From positions 1 through 55,860 of the forward strand of contig JBOGEA010000001.1 in the NCBI GenBank assembly GCA_050743205.1: 55,860 bases of DNA, written 5' to 3'. Below the pieces are notes generated by a model. It was given only the letters and a program-made list of their open reading frames with translations, did not search any database and had not been told where the DNA came from. This DNA is from Egibacteraceae bacterium (lineage in GTDB: Bacteria; Actinomycetota; Nitriliruptoria; Euzebyales; Egibacteraceae). A program made the translations under genes and the position numbers. Within the stretch, counting starts at the first letter, position 1, and every line of letters begins with the position of its first letter. Below, piece after piece: positions 41,125 through 50,829 of this stretch.

Positions 41125-42790
41125 GGCCGTGGCGCTGGCCGTGCTGGTCGCCGCCACCGTCGCCGAGCTCGCCGGCCCCGCCCTGCTCGGCCGGATCGTC
41201 GACGTGGCCGCCGAGGGCAGGCCGGCCGCCGCGATCACCCCGTTGGTCGTCGCCCTGTTCGCGGCGGCGGGGGTCCACGGGCTGCTGACGGCGTTGGGCA
41301 CCGCGCGTGTGGCCCGGCTGGGTGAGCTGGCGCTGGCCGATCTGCGGGAGCGGGTGGTGGACCGGGCGCTGCGGGTGCCGCTCGACGACATCGAGCGGGC
41401 TGGCTCCGGCGACCTGATCGCCCGGGTCAGCGGCGACGTGTCGGTGGTGTCCTACGCGTTCCGGGACGCCATCGCCGGGCTGGTCACCTCGGCGCTCACG
41501 ATCGGGGGAACGGTCGTCGGCTTGGGGGTGCTCGATCCCCGCCTGGCCCTGGCTGGGCTGGTGGCGGCGCCGCTCCAGCTGCTGGCCCTGCGCTGGTACG
41601 TGCCCCGGACGGGCCCGATGTACGCCGCGGAACGGGTCGCCGAGGGTGCGCAGGCTCAAGCGCTGCTCGACAGCATCGGCGGCGCGGCCACGGTGCGGGC
41701 GTTCCGGCTGGGCCCGGCGCACCTGCGGCTGGTCGCCGACCGCTCGCGGGCGGCGATGGACACCTCGTTCCGCGCCATGGTCACGCAGGCGTGGTTCGCT
41801 CACCGTCTCAACCGGGCGGAGCTCGGCGGTCTGGCCGCCATCCTGGTGACCGGGTTCTTCCTGGTGCGGTCCGGCGGGGTCAGTCTGGGCCAGGCGACCG
41901 CCGCCGCGCTGTACTTCCAACGCCTGTTCAGCCCGTTCAATCAGCTGCTGTTCCTGGTCGACGACATCCAGTCCGCGATCGCGGCCCTGGCTCGCCTCGT
42001 CGGCGTCGCGGACTTTCCGATCCCTGCCGAGCCTGCCCGCCCCGCCGCTCCCGCCGACGCTTCGGTCCAGGTCATCGGCCTGCACCACGCCTACGTGCCC
42101 GGCCATGAGGTGCTCGCCAGCGTCGATGTGTCGCTGGCGCCCGGCGAGCGGGTCGCGCTGGTGGGTCCCAGCGGCGCCGGCAAGACCACGCTGGCCAAGC
42201 TGGTGGCCGGCGTGCACCAGCCGACCGCGGGGCAGGTCCGCATCGGCGGGGTGAGCCTGGACCAGCTCGGCCCCGCCGCCGCCCGGCGCGCGGTCGTCCT
42301 GGTGACCCAAGAGGTGCACACCTTCGCCGGTCCACTGGCCGCCGACCTGCGCCTGGCCAGTCCCGACGCCAGCGACGCGGACCTGGCTGAGGCGTTGGAC
42401 CGGGTGGGGGCGCTGGGGTGGGTCCAAGCCCTGCCCGACGGGTTGGCCACCGTGGTCGGTCACGGTGGCCATTACCTGGACGCCGCTCAGGCGCAGCAGT
42501 TGGCGCTGGCCCGTCTCGTGTTAGCTGACCCGCCCGTGGCGATCCTCGACGAGGCCACCGCCGAGGCCGGCAGCGTCGGCGCGCGGATCCTGGAGGCCTC
42601 CGCCGCCCAGGCGCTGAAGGGCCGCACCGCCCTGGTCATCGCCCACCGCCTCACCCAAGCCGCGAACGCCGACCGCGTCGTGGTCCTCGACGCCGGCCGG
42701 GTGGTCGAGGTCGGCACGCACGACCAGCTCGTCGCTGCGGGGGGCACCTACGCCGCGCTGTGGGCCGCCTGGTCCGCCTCCCGTGACTGA
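41033..42790 (+). CDS. ABC exporter, fused permease/ATPase (subunit 2)
   Basis: TM half followed by an NBD with GPSGAGKTT and Walker B VAILDEAT. Confidence 0.9.
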   Translation: MSGDRALLPTASPRQTRRAVRALLRPRWGPLAVALAVLVAATVAELAGPALLGRIVDVAAEGRPAAAITPLVVALFAAAGVHGLLTALGTARVARLGELALADLRERVVDRALRVPLDDIERAGSGDLIARVSGDVSVVSYAFRDAIAGLVTSALTIGGTVVGLGVLDPRLALAGLVAAPLQLLALRWYVPRTGPMYAAERVAEGAQAQALLDSIGGAATVRAFRLGPAHLRLVADRSRAAMDTSFRAMVTQAWFAHRLNRAELGGLAAILVTGFFLVRSGGVSLGQATAAALYFQRLFSPFNQLLFLVDDIQSAIAALARLVGVADFPIPAEPARPAAPADASVQVIGLHHAYVPGHEVLASVDVSLAPGERVALVGPSGAGKTTLAKLVAGVHQPTAGQVRIGGVSLDQLGPAAARRAVVLVTQEVHTFAGPLAADLRLASPDASDADLAEALDRVGALGWVQALPDGLATVVGHGGHYLDAAQAQQLALARLVLADPPVAILDEATAEAGSVGARILEASAAQALKGRTALVIAHRLTQAANADRVVVLDAGRVVEVGTHDQLVAAGGTYAALWAAWSASRD

Positions 42791-42814
42791 CCGCGGGGGG
42801 CGGCTCACCAGCCC

Positions 42815-43543
42815 CTACGGCCCCACCGACACCAGGTAATGGACGTTGCCGCCGCCGACGGCCCTGGTCAGGGTGGCGAACACGCTGTCCGGGTCGTCGT
42901 AGGGGCCCTGTATGTACAGCGGGGCGCCGTCGCTGCCGAACGTGATAGCGCTGGCCTCCCGCCACGGCCCGAGGTGCCCGGCTGCTGCCTGGAAGTCGCG
43001 GTGTGGCTCGAAGCCCAGCCCGCGAGCGTAGTCGACGGCTCCCCACACCAGGTGGCGGGCCAGCTCCAACGGCGCTGCAAGCGGCGCCTCGTCCTCGAAG
43101 GCGCCGAAGAACCGGCGCAGGAACACCGGCACGTCACGCTCGTTCATGATCCGAGGCCCGAGGGCGTCCTTCACGCCGAGGCAGTACACATCGGCGAGGT
43201 AGCCGCACACCGACACCCGCTGAGGCCGGTGCCGCCGCGCGATCGCGACGCAGGCCAGCCCGCTGGCGCCGGCGTCCGTCTGGCCGACGTCCGGCCAGTC
43301 CTCATGCCCGTCCACGGACAGGCCCCGGCTCCAGCCGGGACTCACCCAGCAGCCCACCACCGCGGGCTCCAGCTCGGTGTCCGCGGCCTGCTGGGCGATG
43401 GCCCGCACCAGCGGAGCGACAGCGGCGAATCGCACGCCCAGGGTCCGGGCGATCTGTTTGGGGGATCGTCCCGCTTCGCGCAGCTGGCGAACCTGGGCGA
43501 TCAGCTCATCGTCGGGCATCGTGTCAATCGTGTCAAATGTCAT
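42815..43543 (-). CDS. Conserved hypothetical protein with N-terminal HTH
   Basis: DELIAQVRQLREAGRSPKQIARTLGVRFAAVAPLVRAI is followed by a Cys/His-containing globular domain. Confidence 0.55.
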   Translation of the reverse strand: MTFDTIDTMPDDELIAQVRQLREAGRSPKQIARTLGVRFAAVAPLVRAIAQQAADTELEPAVVGCWVSPGWSRGLSVDGHEDWPDVGQTDAGASGLACVAIARRHRPQRVSVCGYLADVYCLGVKDALGPRIMNERDVPVFLRRFFGAFEDEAPLAAPLELARHLVWGAVDYARGLGFEPHRDFQAAAGHLGPWREASAITFGSDGAPLYIQGPYDDPDSVFATLTRAVGGGNVHYLVSVGP

Positions 43544-43999
43544 ATTCCACGTCTAGCAGACCGCCGAGCGTGCACCGCGTAGGCCACCCGGGAAGTGAGG
43601 GCGGCATGAGCGCCAAGCTGTCGAGCAGGGCGTGGCGCGAGCGGCCGAGGCGAGCATCTGCCGCCATCGGTGAGTGCCCAGCATCGTGGCCTGGCGCCCA
43701 GCGAGACCGCCTGTGGCCGCCCGAACCGCGACCCCGCAAGCCGCTGCGCCTCAGCGTCAGCGGAGCAGCCGAAATCGAGCGCGCCTACCGCACGCACTGG
43801 GTCTCCCCAAAGCCGTCCGCCGCCAAGCGCCGCCAGCCGGTGACCGGCAGGGCTGGGCGCCTGACCTCGTCGTCATCTGGCCGCTGCAAGGCTGGCCGCC
43901 GTACGACCGGCTCGGACGCCGGCGGTCATGCAGGACGCGCGGGCTGGTGCGCCTGCGCTGCTTTGCATGGCAAAGCCCCCCAATGGGTAGGACGCCGCG

Positions 44000-45325
44000 A
44001 TGACTGACGTGGCAGCCACCGCCGGGCAGGAGGAGCTCACCGACCTCAAGCAGGCCATCACGTTCCCGCGGATGCTGCTGTTCATTCTGGGCGACGTGCT
44101 CGGCGCGGGCATCTACGTGCTGATCGGGCAGGTCGCGGGCGAGGTCGGCGGGGCTTTGTGGGCGCCCTTCCTGCTGGCGCTGTGCTTCGCGGCGTTCACC
44201 GCGTTCTCCTATGCCGAGCTGGTGACGAAGTACCCGCGGGCAGGCGGAGCCGCGGTGTTCGTGCAGCGGGCCTTCGGCAACCCGCTGCTGTCCTTCTTGA
44301 CCGGTTTCGCGATGATGAGCGCGGCGGTGACGGCGGCGGCGTCGCTGTCGGTCGCGTTCGCGGGTGACTATCTCGCCCAGTTCGTCGCCGTGCCGGGCAC
44401 GCTGGCCGCCCTCGTCTTCATCGTGGCCGTCGCGCTGCTGAACCTGCGGGGCATCGAGGAGTCGATGCGCGTCAACGTCGTCCTCACGATCATCGAGGTC
44501 AGCGGGCTGGCGCTCGTCATCGCGCTGGGATGGGCGACCGTGGCGACGGGTGGAGGCGATCCCGCGCGGGCGCTGCGGTTCTCCGGCGACGCCAGCGTGC
44601 CGCTGGCGATCCTGGGCGGCAGCGTGCTCGCCTTCTACGCCTTCCAGGGGTTTGAGACCTCGGCGAACATGGCCGAGGAGGCCGTCGATCCACGGCGGAT
44701 GTACCCGCGGGCGCTGCTGTCGGCGCTGGGGATCGCCGGCGTTGTCTACCTGCTGGTGGGCCTGGCGCTGTCGATAGTGGCGCCGGTGGAGGCCCTTGCG
44801 TCCTCGTCCGGGCCGCTGCTGGCGATCATCGAGGCGGCGCCGATCGCATTCCCGCCCTGGCTGTTCGCGCTCATCGCCCTCCTCGCGGTGTCCAACGGCG
44901 CGCTGCTGTTCAGCATCGCCGCTTCGCGGCTGCTCTACGGGATGGCCCGGGAGGGCCTCCTGCCGTCCGTGTTCGCCACGTTATTGCCCCGGCGGCGGAC
45001 CCCACCGCTGGCGATCGCGGTGACCACGCTGCTCGCGGCGGCGCTCATCGCGACCGGCAGCCTCAGGACACTCGCCGAGACCACGGTCATGCTGCTGGTG
45101 CTGGTGTATGCGGCAGTCAACGCCTCGGCGCTGGCGCTGCGGCGCCGGCCGGTCGATGTGCCCCACTTCCGGGCGCCCACGATCATGCCCGTCCTCGGCC
45201 TGCTCTCCTGCCTCCTGGTCCTCACCCAGCAGACCGCCGCCACCGTCATCCGGACCCTGCTCCTGCTCGTGGCCGGCTTGGCGTTGTACGCGGCGACCCG
45301 TCTGTGTGCACTTCCAGGCGAATGA
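44000..45325 (+). CDS. APC-family amino acid permease
   Basis: About 12 TM segments. The N-terminal motif is LLFILGDVLGAGIYVLIGQVAG. Confidence 0.85.
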   Translation: MTDVAATAGQEELTDLKQAITFPRMLLFILGDVLGAGIYVLIGQVAGEVGGALWAPFLLALCFAAFTAFSYAELVTKYPRAGGAAVFVQRAFGNPLLSFLTGFAMMSAAVTAAASLSVAFAGDYLAQFVAVPGTLAALVFIVAVALLNLRGIEESMRVNVVLTIIEVSGLALVIALGWATVATGGGDPARALRFSGDASVPLAILGGSVLAFYAFQGFETSANMAEEAVDPRRMYPRALLSALGIAGVVYLLVGLALSIVAPVEALASSSGPLLAIIEAAPIAFPPWLFALIALLAVSNGALLFSIAASRLLYGMAREGLLPSVFATLLPRRRTPPLAIAVTTLLAAALIATGSLRTLAETTVMLLVLVYAAVNASALALRRRPVDVPHFRAPTIMPVLGLLSCLLVLTQQTAATVIRTLLLLVAGLALYAATRLCALPGE

Positions 45326-45358
45326 GCAGTTCCAGCCACATCTGTCACGATGTGCTCA

Positions 45359-45556
45359 TCATCGGGCCTGGATCGCTATCGCCCCGGAGGGGCACAGCTG
45401 CGCGGCCTCGCGGACGGGGGCGTGGTGCTCGGCGGGCGGCTGGGGATCGAGCAGCAGGACCCTGCCGTCGTCCTCACGCTGGTCGAACACCTCCGGCGCG
45501 GTCAGCGCGCACATGCCGGCGCCGCAGCAGCGCTCGGTGTCGACGGTGATGTTCAT
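45359..45556 (-). CDS. Ferredoxin (P450-associated, 3Fe-4S type, 65 aa)
   Basis: MNITVDTERCCGAGMCALTAPEVFDQ...AAQLCPSGAIAI. The ATGA overlaps the P450 stop. Confidence 0.8.
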   Translation of the reverse strand: MNITVDTERCCGAGMCALTAPEVFDQREDDGRVLLLDPQPPAEHHAPVREAAQLCPSGAIAIQAR

Positions 45557-46770
45557 CGGTCGGCCTCCTCCCAGGTGACCGGCAGCCGGTGCACCCCGTA
45601 GATGCCCATATCGTGGCGCATCGGGACATCCTCTGGCGGCACCGCCAGGCGCAGCGTCGGGAACCGGCGGAGCAGCGCGGCGAAGCCGATCCGCATCTCG
45701 ATCCGCGCGAGCTGCTGGCCCAGGCATTGGTGCACGCCGTGCCCGAACGTCAGGTGCCCAGCCGCCGGCCGGGCGATGTTCAGCGCCTCAGGGTTTGCGA
45801 ACCGCTCCGGGTCGCGGTTGGCCGCCGCCAGTGAGAGCGTCACGGACTCCCCGGCCTTGATGAGGTGCCCGTCCAGCTCCACATCCTCCACCGCGGTGCG
45901 GACCGCGCCGAGGTGGATGATGGTCAGCCAGCGCAGCAGCTCCTCGACCGCGTTGGCGATCAACGACGGATCAGCACTGAGCTCCGCGCGCTGGTCAGGA
46001 TGGGTCAGCAGGGCGAAGGTGCCCAGCCCCAGCATGTTCGCGGTGGTCTCATGACCCGCGATGAGCAGCAGGGCCGCGATGCTGACGAACTCCTCGTCGG
46101 TCAGCTCACCACCGGTCACCAGGCCGCTGAGCAGGTCGTCGGTCGGTGATGACCGCTTACGCTGCACCAGCTGGGCGAGATACTCGCGGATCCCGGAGAA
46201 GGCGGCCATGACCTGCTCGGCGGTGGAGCTGAGGTTGAACAGCACTGCCGTGCGGTGCTGGAATTCTTCCCGATCGGCGTAGGGCACCCCGAGCAGCTCG
46301 CAGATCACCAGCGAGGGGATCGGCAGCGCGAACGCCTGCACCAGGTCGACCGGCGGCCCGGTGCGGGCCATCGCGTCCAGGTGGTCGGCGACGATCCGTT
46401 CGACCCTCGGCTCCAGCTGGCGCATCCGGCGCACGGTGAACTGGCCGGTCAGCAGGTGCCGGTAGCGGGTGTGGTCCGGCGGGTCCATTAAAAGGAACAT
46501 GCCGGGATCGGCCGGCTTCCGCTCGAACTCCTCGGCAGCCGGAGTCGGGATCGGGACACGCAGCAGCTCCTGGCGGGAGCTGAAGCGGGGGTCGGCCAAC
46601 ACCGCCCGCGTGGCGGCGTATCCGGTCACCAGCCAACCCACATGCCCGTCGGGATAGGCCATGCGGGTGATCGGCCGCTCCTCGCGCAGCTCCCGCAGCT
46701 CGTCGGGTGGGTCGAGGGGGCGGCTGCGGGTGGTGGGCAGCGTCACTGGGCAGGACAGGGTCTCTGTCAT
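45553..46770 (-). CDS. Cytochrome P450
   Basis: LLLIAGHETT (I-helix), EELLRW (ExxR), and the haem loop FGHGVHQCLGQQLAR. The Met at 46770 gives a typical 405 aa. Confidence 0.9.
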   Translation of the reverse strand: MTETLSCPVTLPTTRSRPLDPPDELRELREERPITRMAYPDGHVGWLVTGYAATRAVLADPRFSSRQELLRVPIPTPAAEEFERKPADPGMFLLMDPPDHTRYRHLLTGQFTVRRMRQLEPRVERIVADHLDAMARTGPPVDLVQAFALPIPSLVICELLGVPYADREEFQHRTAVLFNLSSTAEQVMAAFSGIREYLAQLVQRKRSSPTDDLLSGLVTGGELTDEEFVSIAALLLIAGHETTANMLGLGTFALLTHPDQRAELSADPSLIANAVEELLRWLTIIHLGAVRTAVEDVELDGHLIKAGESVTLSLAAANRDPERFANPEALNIARPAAGHLTFGHGVHQCLGQQLARIEMRIGFAALLRRFPTLRLAVPPEDVPMRHDMGIYGVHRLPVTWEEADR

Positions 46771-47244
46771 CTCATGCTCCTCCAGGTACTGGGCCTGAGT
46801 TTCAGCTACCTGAGCCTTCAGGCTTTTCTGAAGATACAATTTTCTGAGAATTTCCCTGCCCGCGGGAACAGTTCGGCGGCTGCGCGCCTGCCCAGCACGC
46901 GGACGGCGCGACCCATCCAGGGCAGTGTGCACACACGCGCTGGGTGGAGCGCCGGCCCGTCGCATTGGGCGGAGCGTCGCCGGACCGCGCAATGGGTGCT
47001 GATGCGTCGGGCTCAGTCACTGATCGAAAGTGACCGACCGCGCGGGGTTGAACCACTCAGCCCGCCAGAGGACAGTTCGGACGGCACCTTCCGCTGCGGT
47101 AGAAAACACACCGCAAACATCGTATGTCCGCCGACTGGGGGGCCTTAAGCTCGCTGCAAGGAGTAGTGCGGACGGCACTACTTATGTCGAGTGAAGCGGC
47201 GTGGCGGGTTGGCGCAAGTGAGATTGCGAGTGAGGCGGGTCTCC

Positions 47245-48039
47245 ATGGCCCGTCCAGCCGATGCGAACGGGGGTCATGCGATCCCTCGTGTCGATGTGCT
47301 GGGTGTCGGGGTCAGCGCGATCACGATGGACGTCGCCGTGCGCGAGATCGCGTCCTGGATCCAGCGCGGGTATCAGCGCTATGTCTGCGTCACGGGTGTG
47401 CACGGCGTCATGGAGGCGCAACGTGACCCCGCACTGCTGCGTATTCACAATGAGTCGGGGCTGACGAGCCCGGACGGGATGCCGCTTGTCTGGGCCAGCC
47501 GGTGGGCGGGGGTTACAGCAGTCGAGCGGGTCTACGGCCCTGACCTCATGCTCGCCCTGTGCGCCGAGGCAGCCGAGCAGGGCTGGAGGTCCTTCTTCTA
47601 CGGCGGCAAAGAGGGCGTTGGGGAACGGTTGGCGCACTGCCTGCAAGCCCGCTTCCCCGGCCTGATCGTCGCTGGCACCTACTCACCGCCGTTCCGCGAA
47701 CTGACCGCGGAGGAGGACGAGCAGGTCGTCGAGCGGATCAATCAGGCGCAGCCGGACTTGGTATGGGTGGGGTTGAGCACACCCAAACAGGAGCGCTGGA
47801 TGGCTGCCCATGTTGGTCGTGTCCGGGCGCCAGCGCTGCTCGGTGTCGGCGCGGCTTTCGATATCCATGCAGGGCTGTTGCGCCAGGCGCCGCGGTGGAT
47901 GCAGCGCTCGGGCACCGAGTGGCTTTACCGGCTGATCATCGAGCCGCGCCGGCTGTGGCGTCGCTACCTGTACAACAACCCGAGGTTCGTGGTCGCCGTC
48001 CTCCGACGTCCACCGCGTCTGCGGAAGGATCAGCTGTGA
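47245..48039 (+). CDS. WecB/TagA/CpsF-family glycosyltransferase
   Basis: VDVLGVGVSAITMDVAV...VCVTGVHGVMEAQRDP...SPDGMPLVWAS...FFYGG. The ORF is open from GTG 47191. Confidence 0.8.
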   Translation: MARPADANGGHAIPRVDVLGVGVSAITMDVAVREIASWIQRGYQRYVCVTGVHGVMEAQRDPALLRIHNESGLTSPDGMPLVWASRWAGVTAVERVYGPDLMLALCAEAAEQGWRSFFYGGKEGVGERLAHCLQARFPGLIVAGTYSPPFRELTAEEDEQVVERINQAQPDLVWVGLSTPKQERWMAAHVGRVRAPALLGVGAAFDIHAGLLRQAPRWMQRSGTEWLYRLIIEPRRLWRRYLYNNPRFVVAVLRRPPRLRKDQL

Positions 48040-48562
48040 GCTGCCACGCAAGGCAGGCGTGGCCATATGACCTACTGGCCAGAAGGGGGGTTGACATCCT
48101 CAAGAACCCTGGGTGAAAGTGTGGTACGGGGATGAACTGTTTCCCGGAACGGCAGAGCAGGATCCATGTTCCGTCGCTCTGCGGCAGGCATTCGGTGCCA
48201 TACCGAGGATGCTCCTACCCCCCCAGCACGCGGTGCGACATGCCCTCGTGCCGGCGCGGGTAGGGATGTCAGGAGCAGCCGAACGAAGCGAGGATGCACA
48301 GCCGCCGACCGCTGTTGCAGTTCTCACGTGGTGCACGCAGGTCGTGACAACGGATCCGGTGCGCAGGCACCTTCATGACCAGGGTGAAGCGTTTCAAGAT
48401 GGCGTGGAGACGGGGGTCTCGAAAGTTTCACGATTACTGATCTTGTGGTGGGAGCCGTAATTTGGAGCAGTAGCTTCCCCATCTTCGGTGGCCGTCAGCG
48501 CGAGGCATCTCGTGTCAGGTCGGTGCTCGGGGGTGGGGCTGGGGGAAAGCTTAGGGGTCGAT

Positions 48563-49318
48563 ATGGACAAGCAGGCATTGGCCCATCGGTTCGAGATAGC
48601 GGGGGCGGTGAACAGCGACGGCGAAAGGGCAGTGGGTGCACCTCATCCACCGGCTGGAGTCCCAGTGGGCGCGAGCGCTCTGGCCCTGCTGGCTCCGCCC
48701 AGCCTTCGGGTCCGAGGCCTTTATGAGCGTTTCGTAAAACGGGTGATGGATGTGCTGGTCTGCGCCATTCTTTCGGTGCTGGCGCTCCCATTGCTCATTG
48801 CGGTCGGGCTCGCGCTGTCTGTGACGATGGGTTCGCCAGTGATATTCCGCCAGCAGCGGGTTGGAATAAACGGCAGAATCTTCACGATTTTCAAATTTCG
48901 TACCATGCTGCCGGATCGCCGCAAGAACAGCCTGGAGGAGTACCAAGGGCCTGAGCGTCGCCAGCGACACAAATCACCTGACGACCCGCGAGTCACGCCC
49001 ATCGGAAAATTCCTGCGGAAGTGGTCGATCGATGAGCTTCCACAGCTGTGGAATGTGCTGCGTGGAGATATGACACTGGTCGGTCCACGTCCAGAGCTCG
49101 TTGAGATCGTACAGCGGTATCAGCCGTGGCAGCATAGACGTCACGCGGTGAAACCGGGAGTCACCGGACTCTGGCAGATATCCGGACTTCGGGATGGTCT
49201 GATGCACGAGCACGTCGAGGTTGACCTCAACTATGTCAACCAAATATCATTCAAAACGGATATGCAGATCATGCTTCGCACCATCAGTGCAGTATTGGGC
49301 AAATCGGTCGGCTGCTAG
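48563..49318 (+). CDS. Polyprenyl-phosphate sugar-phosphate transferase (WbaP/EpsB-like priming enzyme)
   Basis: KRVMDVLVCAILSVLALPLL...FKFRTM...PDDPRVTPIGKFLRKWSIDELPQLWNVLRGDMTLVGPRP. Confidence 0.85.
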   Translation: MDKQALAHRFEIAGAVNSDGERAVGAPHPPAGVPVGASALALLAPPSLRVRGLYERFVKRVMDVLVCAILSVLALPLLIAVGLALSVTMGSPVIFRQQRVGINGRIFTIFKFRTMLPDRRKNSLEEYQGPERRQRHKSPDDPRVTPIGKFLRKWSIDELPQLWNVLRGDMTLVGPRPELVEIVQRYQPWQHRRHAVKPGVTGLWQISGLRDGLMHEHVEVDLNYVNQISFKTDMQIMLRTISAVLGKSVGC

Positions 49319-49452
49319 CAGGGCGCTGAACTGGTTCCAAGACGGGCCGCCAGACTCGCGGCATTGTTGGCCGCAGACCGCATGCGGTCGTCTTCGTGAT
49401 CAGGTCAGCACCCCCCTTAGGGCGTGAGCGGACAGCGAGGGAGTGAGGGAAC

Positions 49453-50448
49453 ATGGCGCGGGTCTTGGTCACTGGGGCGGGTGGATTCATCGGGCACCAT
49501 CTGGTCACGTATCTGAAGGAACGTGGCTGTTGGGTCAGAGGGATAGACCTCAAAGTGCCTGAGTTCACGGACGTGGACGCCGACGAGTTCGAGCTGTTGG
49601 ACCTGCGGCGCTGGGACAGCTGCCTGCAGGCGACACGCGGCATCGACCAGGTGTATGCGTTGGCGGCAGACATGGGCGGGATGGGGTTCATCTCGTCGAA
49701 CCATGCGACGATCCTGCACAACAATGCGCTGATCGACCTCCACACTCTGGAGGCGGCCAGGGTGAACGGCGTGAGCCGCTATCTTTACAGCTCGTCAGCG
49801 TGCATCTATCCGGAGCATCTGCAGACCGACGCAGACGTGACGCCGCTCAAGGAATCCGACGCGTATCCAGCGCAGCCTCAGGACGCGTACGGATGGGAGA
49901 AGCTCATTTCGGAGCGGCTGTGCGAGTACTATTACGGGCAGTATGGGATGGAGACGCGCATTGTGCGATTCCATAACATCTACGGTCCCTACGGCACCTA
50001 TTCGGGCGGTCGCGAAAAGGCCCCGGCGGCGATATGCCGAAAGGTAGCGCAAGCCGAGCCTGGGTCGCAGATCGAGATATGGGGCGATGGTGAGCAGACG
50101 CGGTCGTTCTGCTGCGTGGACGACTGCGTTGAGGGCATCTACCGGTTGATGCGGTCGGAGCACCGCGATCCCCTGAATCTGGGGACAGACGAGCTGGTCA
50201 CCATCAACGAGCTGGCGCAGCTCGTCGTTGAGATCTCCGGCAAGCGGGACATCGGCCTCAAACACGTCCAAGGGCCGCAGGGTGTGCGTGGGCGCAACTC
50301 CGACAATACGCGGCTCCGGCAGGTTCTCGGCTGGGAGCCGAGCATCTCCCTGGCCGAGGGGCTCGTGCCGACGTACCGCTGGATCGAGAAGCAGGTCCGG
50401 GGCCACAGGAAGCACCCCGCAGACGGCGCACCGGCGCCGACTCGCTGA
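49453..50448 (+). CDS. NAD-dependent sugar epimerase/dehydratase (GDP-mannose-3,5-epimerase-like)
   Basis: VLVTGAGGFIGHHL, SSACIYP, and the YGWEK catalytic Tyr-x3-Lys. Confidence 0.85.
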   Translation: MARVLVTGAGGFIGHHLVTYLKERGCWVRGIDLKVPEFTDVDADEFELLDLRRWDSCLQATRGIDQVYALAADMGGMGFISSNHATILHNNALIDLHTLEAARVNGVSRYLYSSSACIYPEHLQTDADVTPLKESDAYPAQPQDAYGWEKLISERLCEYYYGQYGMETRIVRFHNIYGPYGTYSGGREKAPAAICRKVAQAEPGSQIEIWGDGEQTRSFCCVDDCVEGIYRLMRSEHRDPLNLGTDELVTINELAQLVVEISGKRDIGLKHVQGPQGVRGRNSDNTRLRQVLGWEPSISLAEGLVPTYRWIEKQVRGHRKHPADGAPAPTR

Positions 50449-50829
50449 CCACATACCGTCGCCACCCGCCCGCGGGCGCAGTCCCGTGCCTCGGCTTGCC
50501 AGCGGGCGCTGGACCCCTTATGTCCAGATGACATACTGAGTGAACCCTGAAATGCCGCTCAGCTCGCATGCGTTCGTGTTCTGACCTCATGACATTAATG
50601 AGCAGATTCTCGCGCGGGTGCCTTGCGGACGGTCTACACTTTGGTCTTAGGCCTCTCGACTGCGGAAGCGTCTGGCGGTGAGGTGTTGCAAGGCGGTGGG
50701 GGAGGTTCACCGCATGGGGCGAAGGCTGATCCGGAATGAGGCGGGTCCATCGCACATCGAATTGCTGCTCGGGTGGGCGTTCAGGTGCGGGATGCTTCGC
50801 GGAGGATCTGATGCACCGGGGGAGATTGC

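Noticed and set aside
43544-43999. Riboswitch in the 450-bp leader of the APC amino-acid permease
   Set aside because: I could not recognise any lysine, glycine, SAM, guanidine or other riboswitch core motif by eye. Only a small hairpin (GCTTTGC-ATG-GCAAAGC near 43960) is present. The question is left open but unsupported.
48091-48119. TTGACA-17 nt-TGAAAG as the promoter of the priming glycosyltransferase gene
   Set aside because: The -10 candidate lacks the invariant final T of TAnnnT and sits about 440 nt from the start codon. That is too weak to report as a feature.
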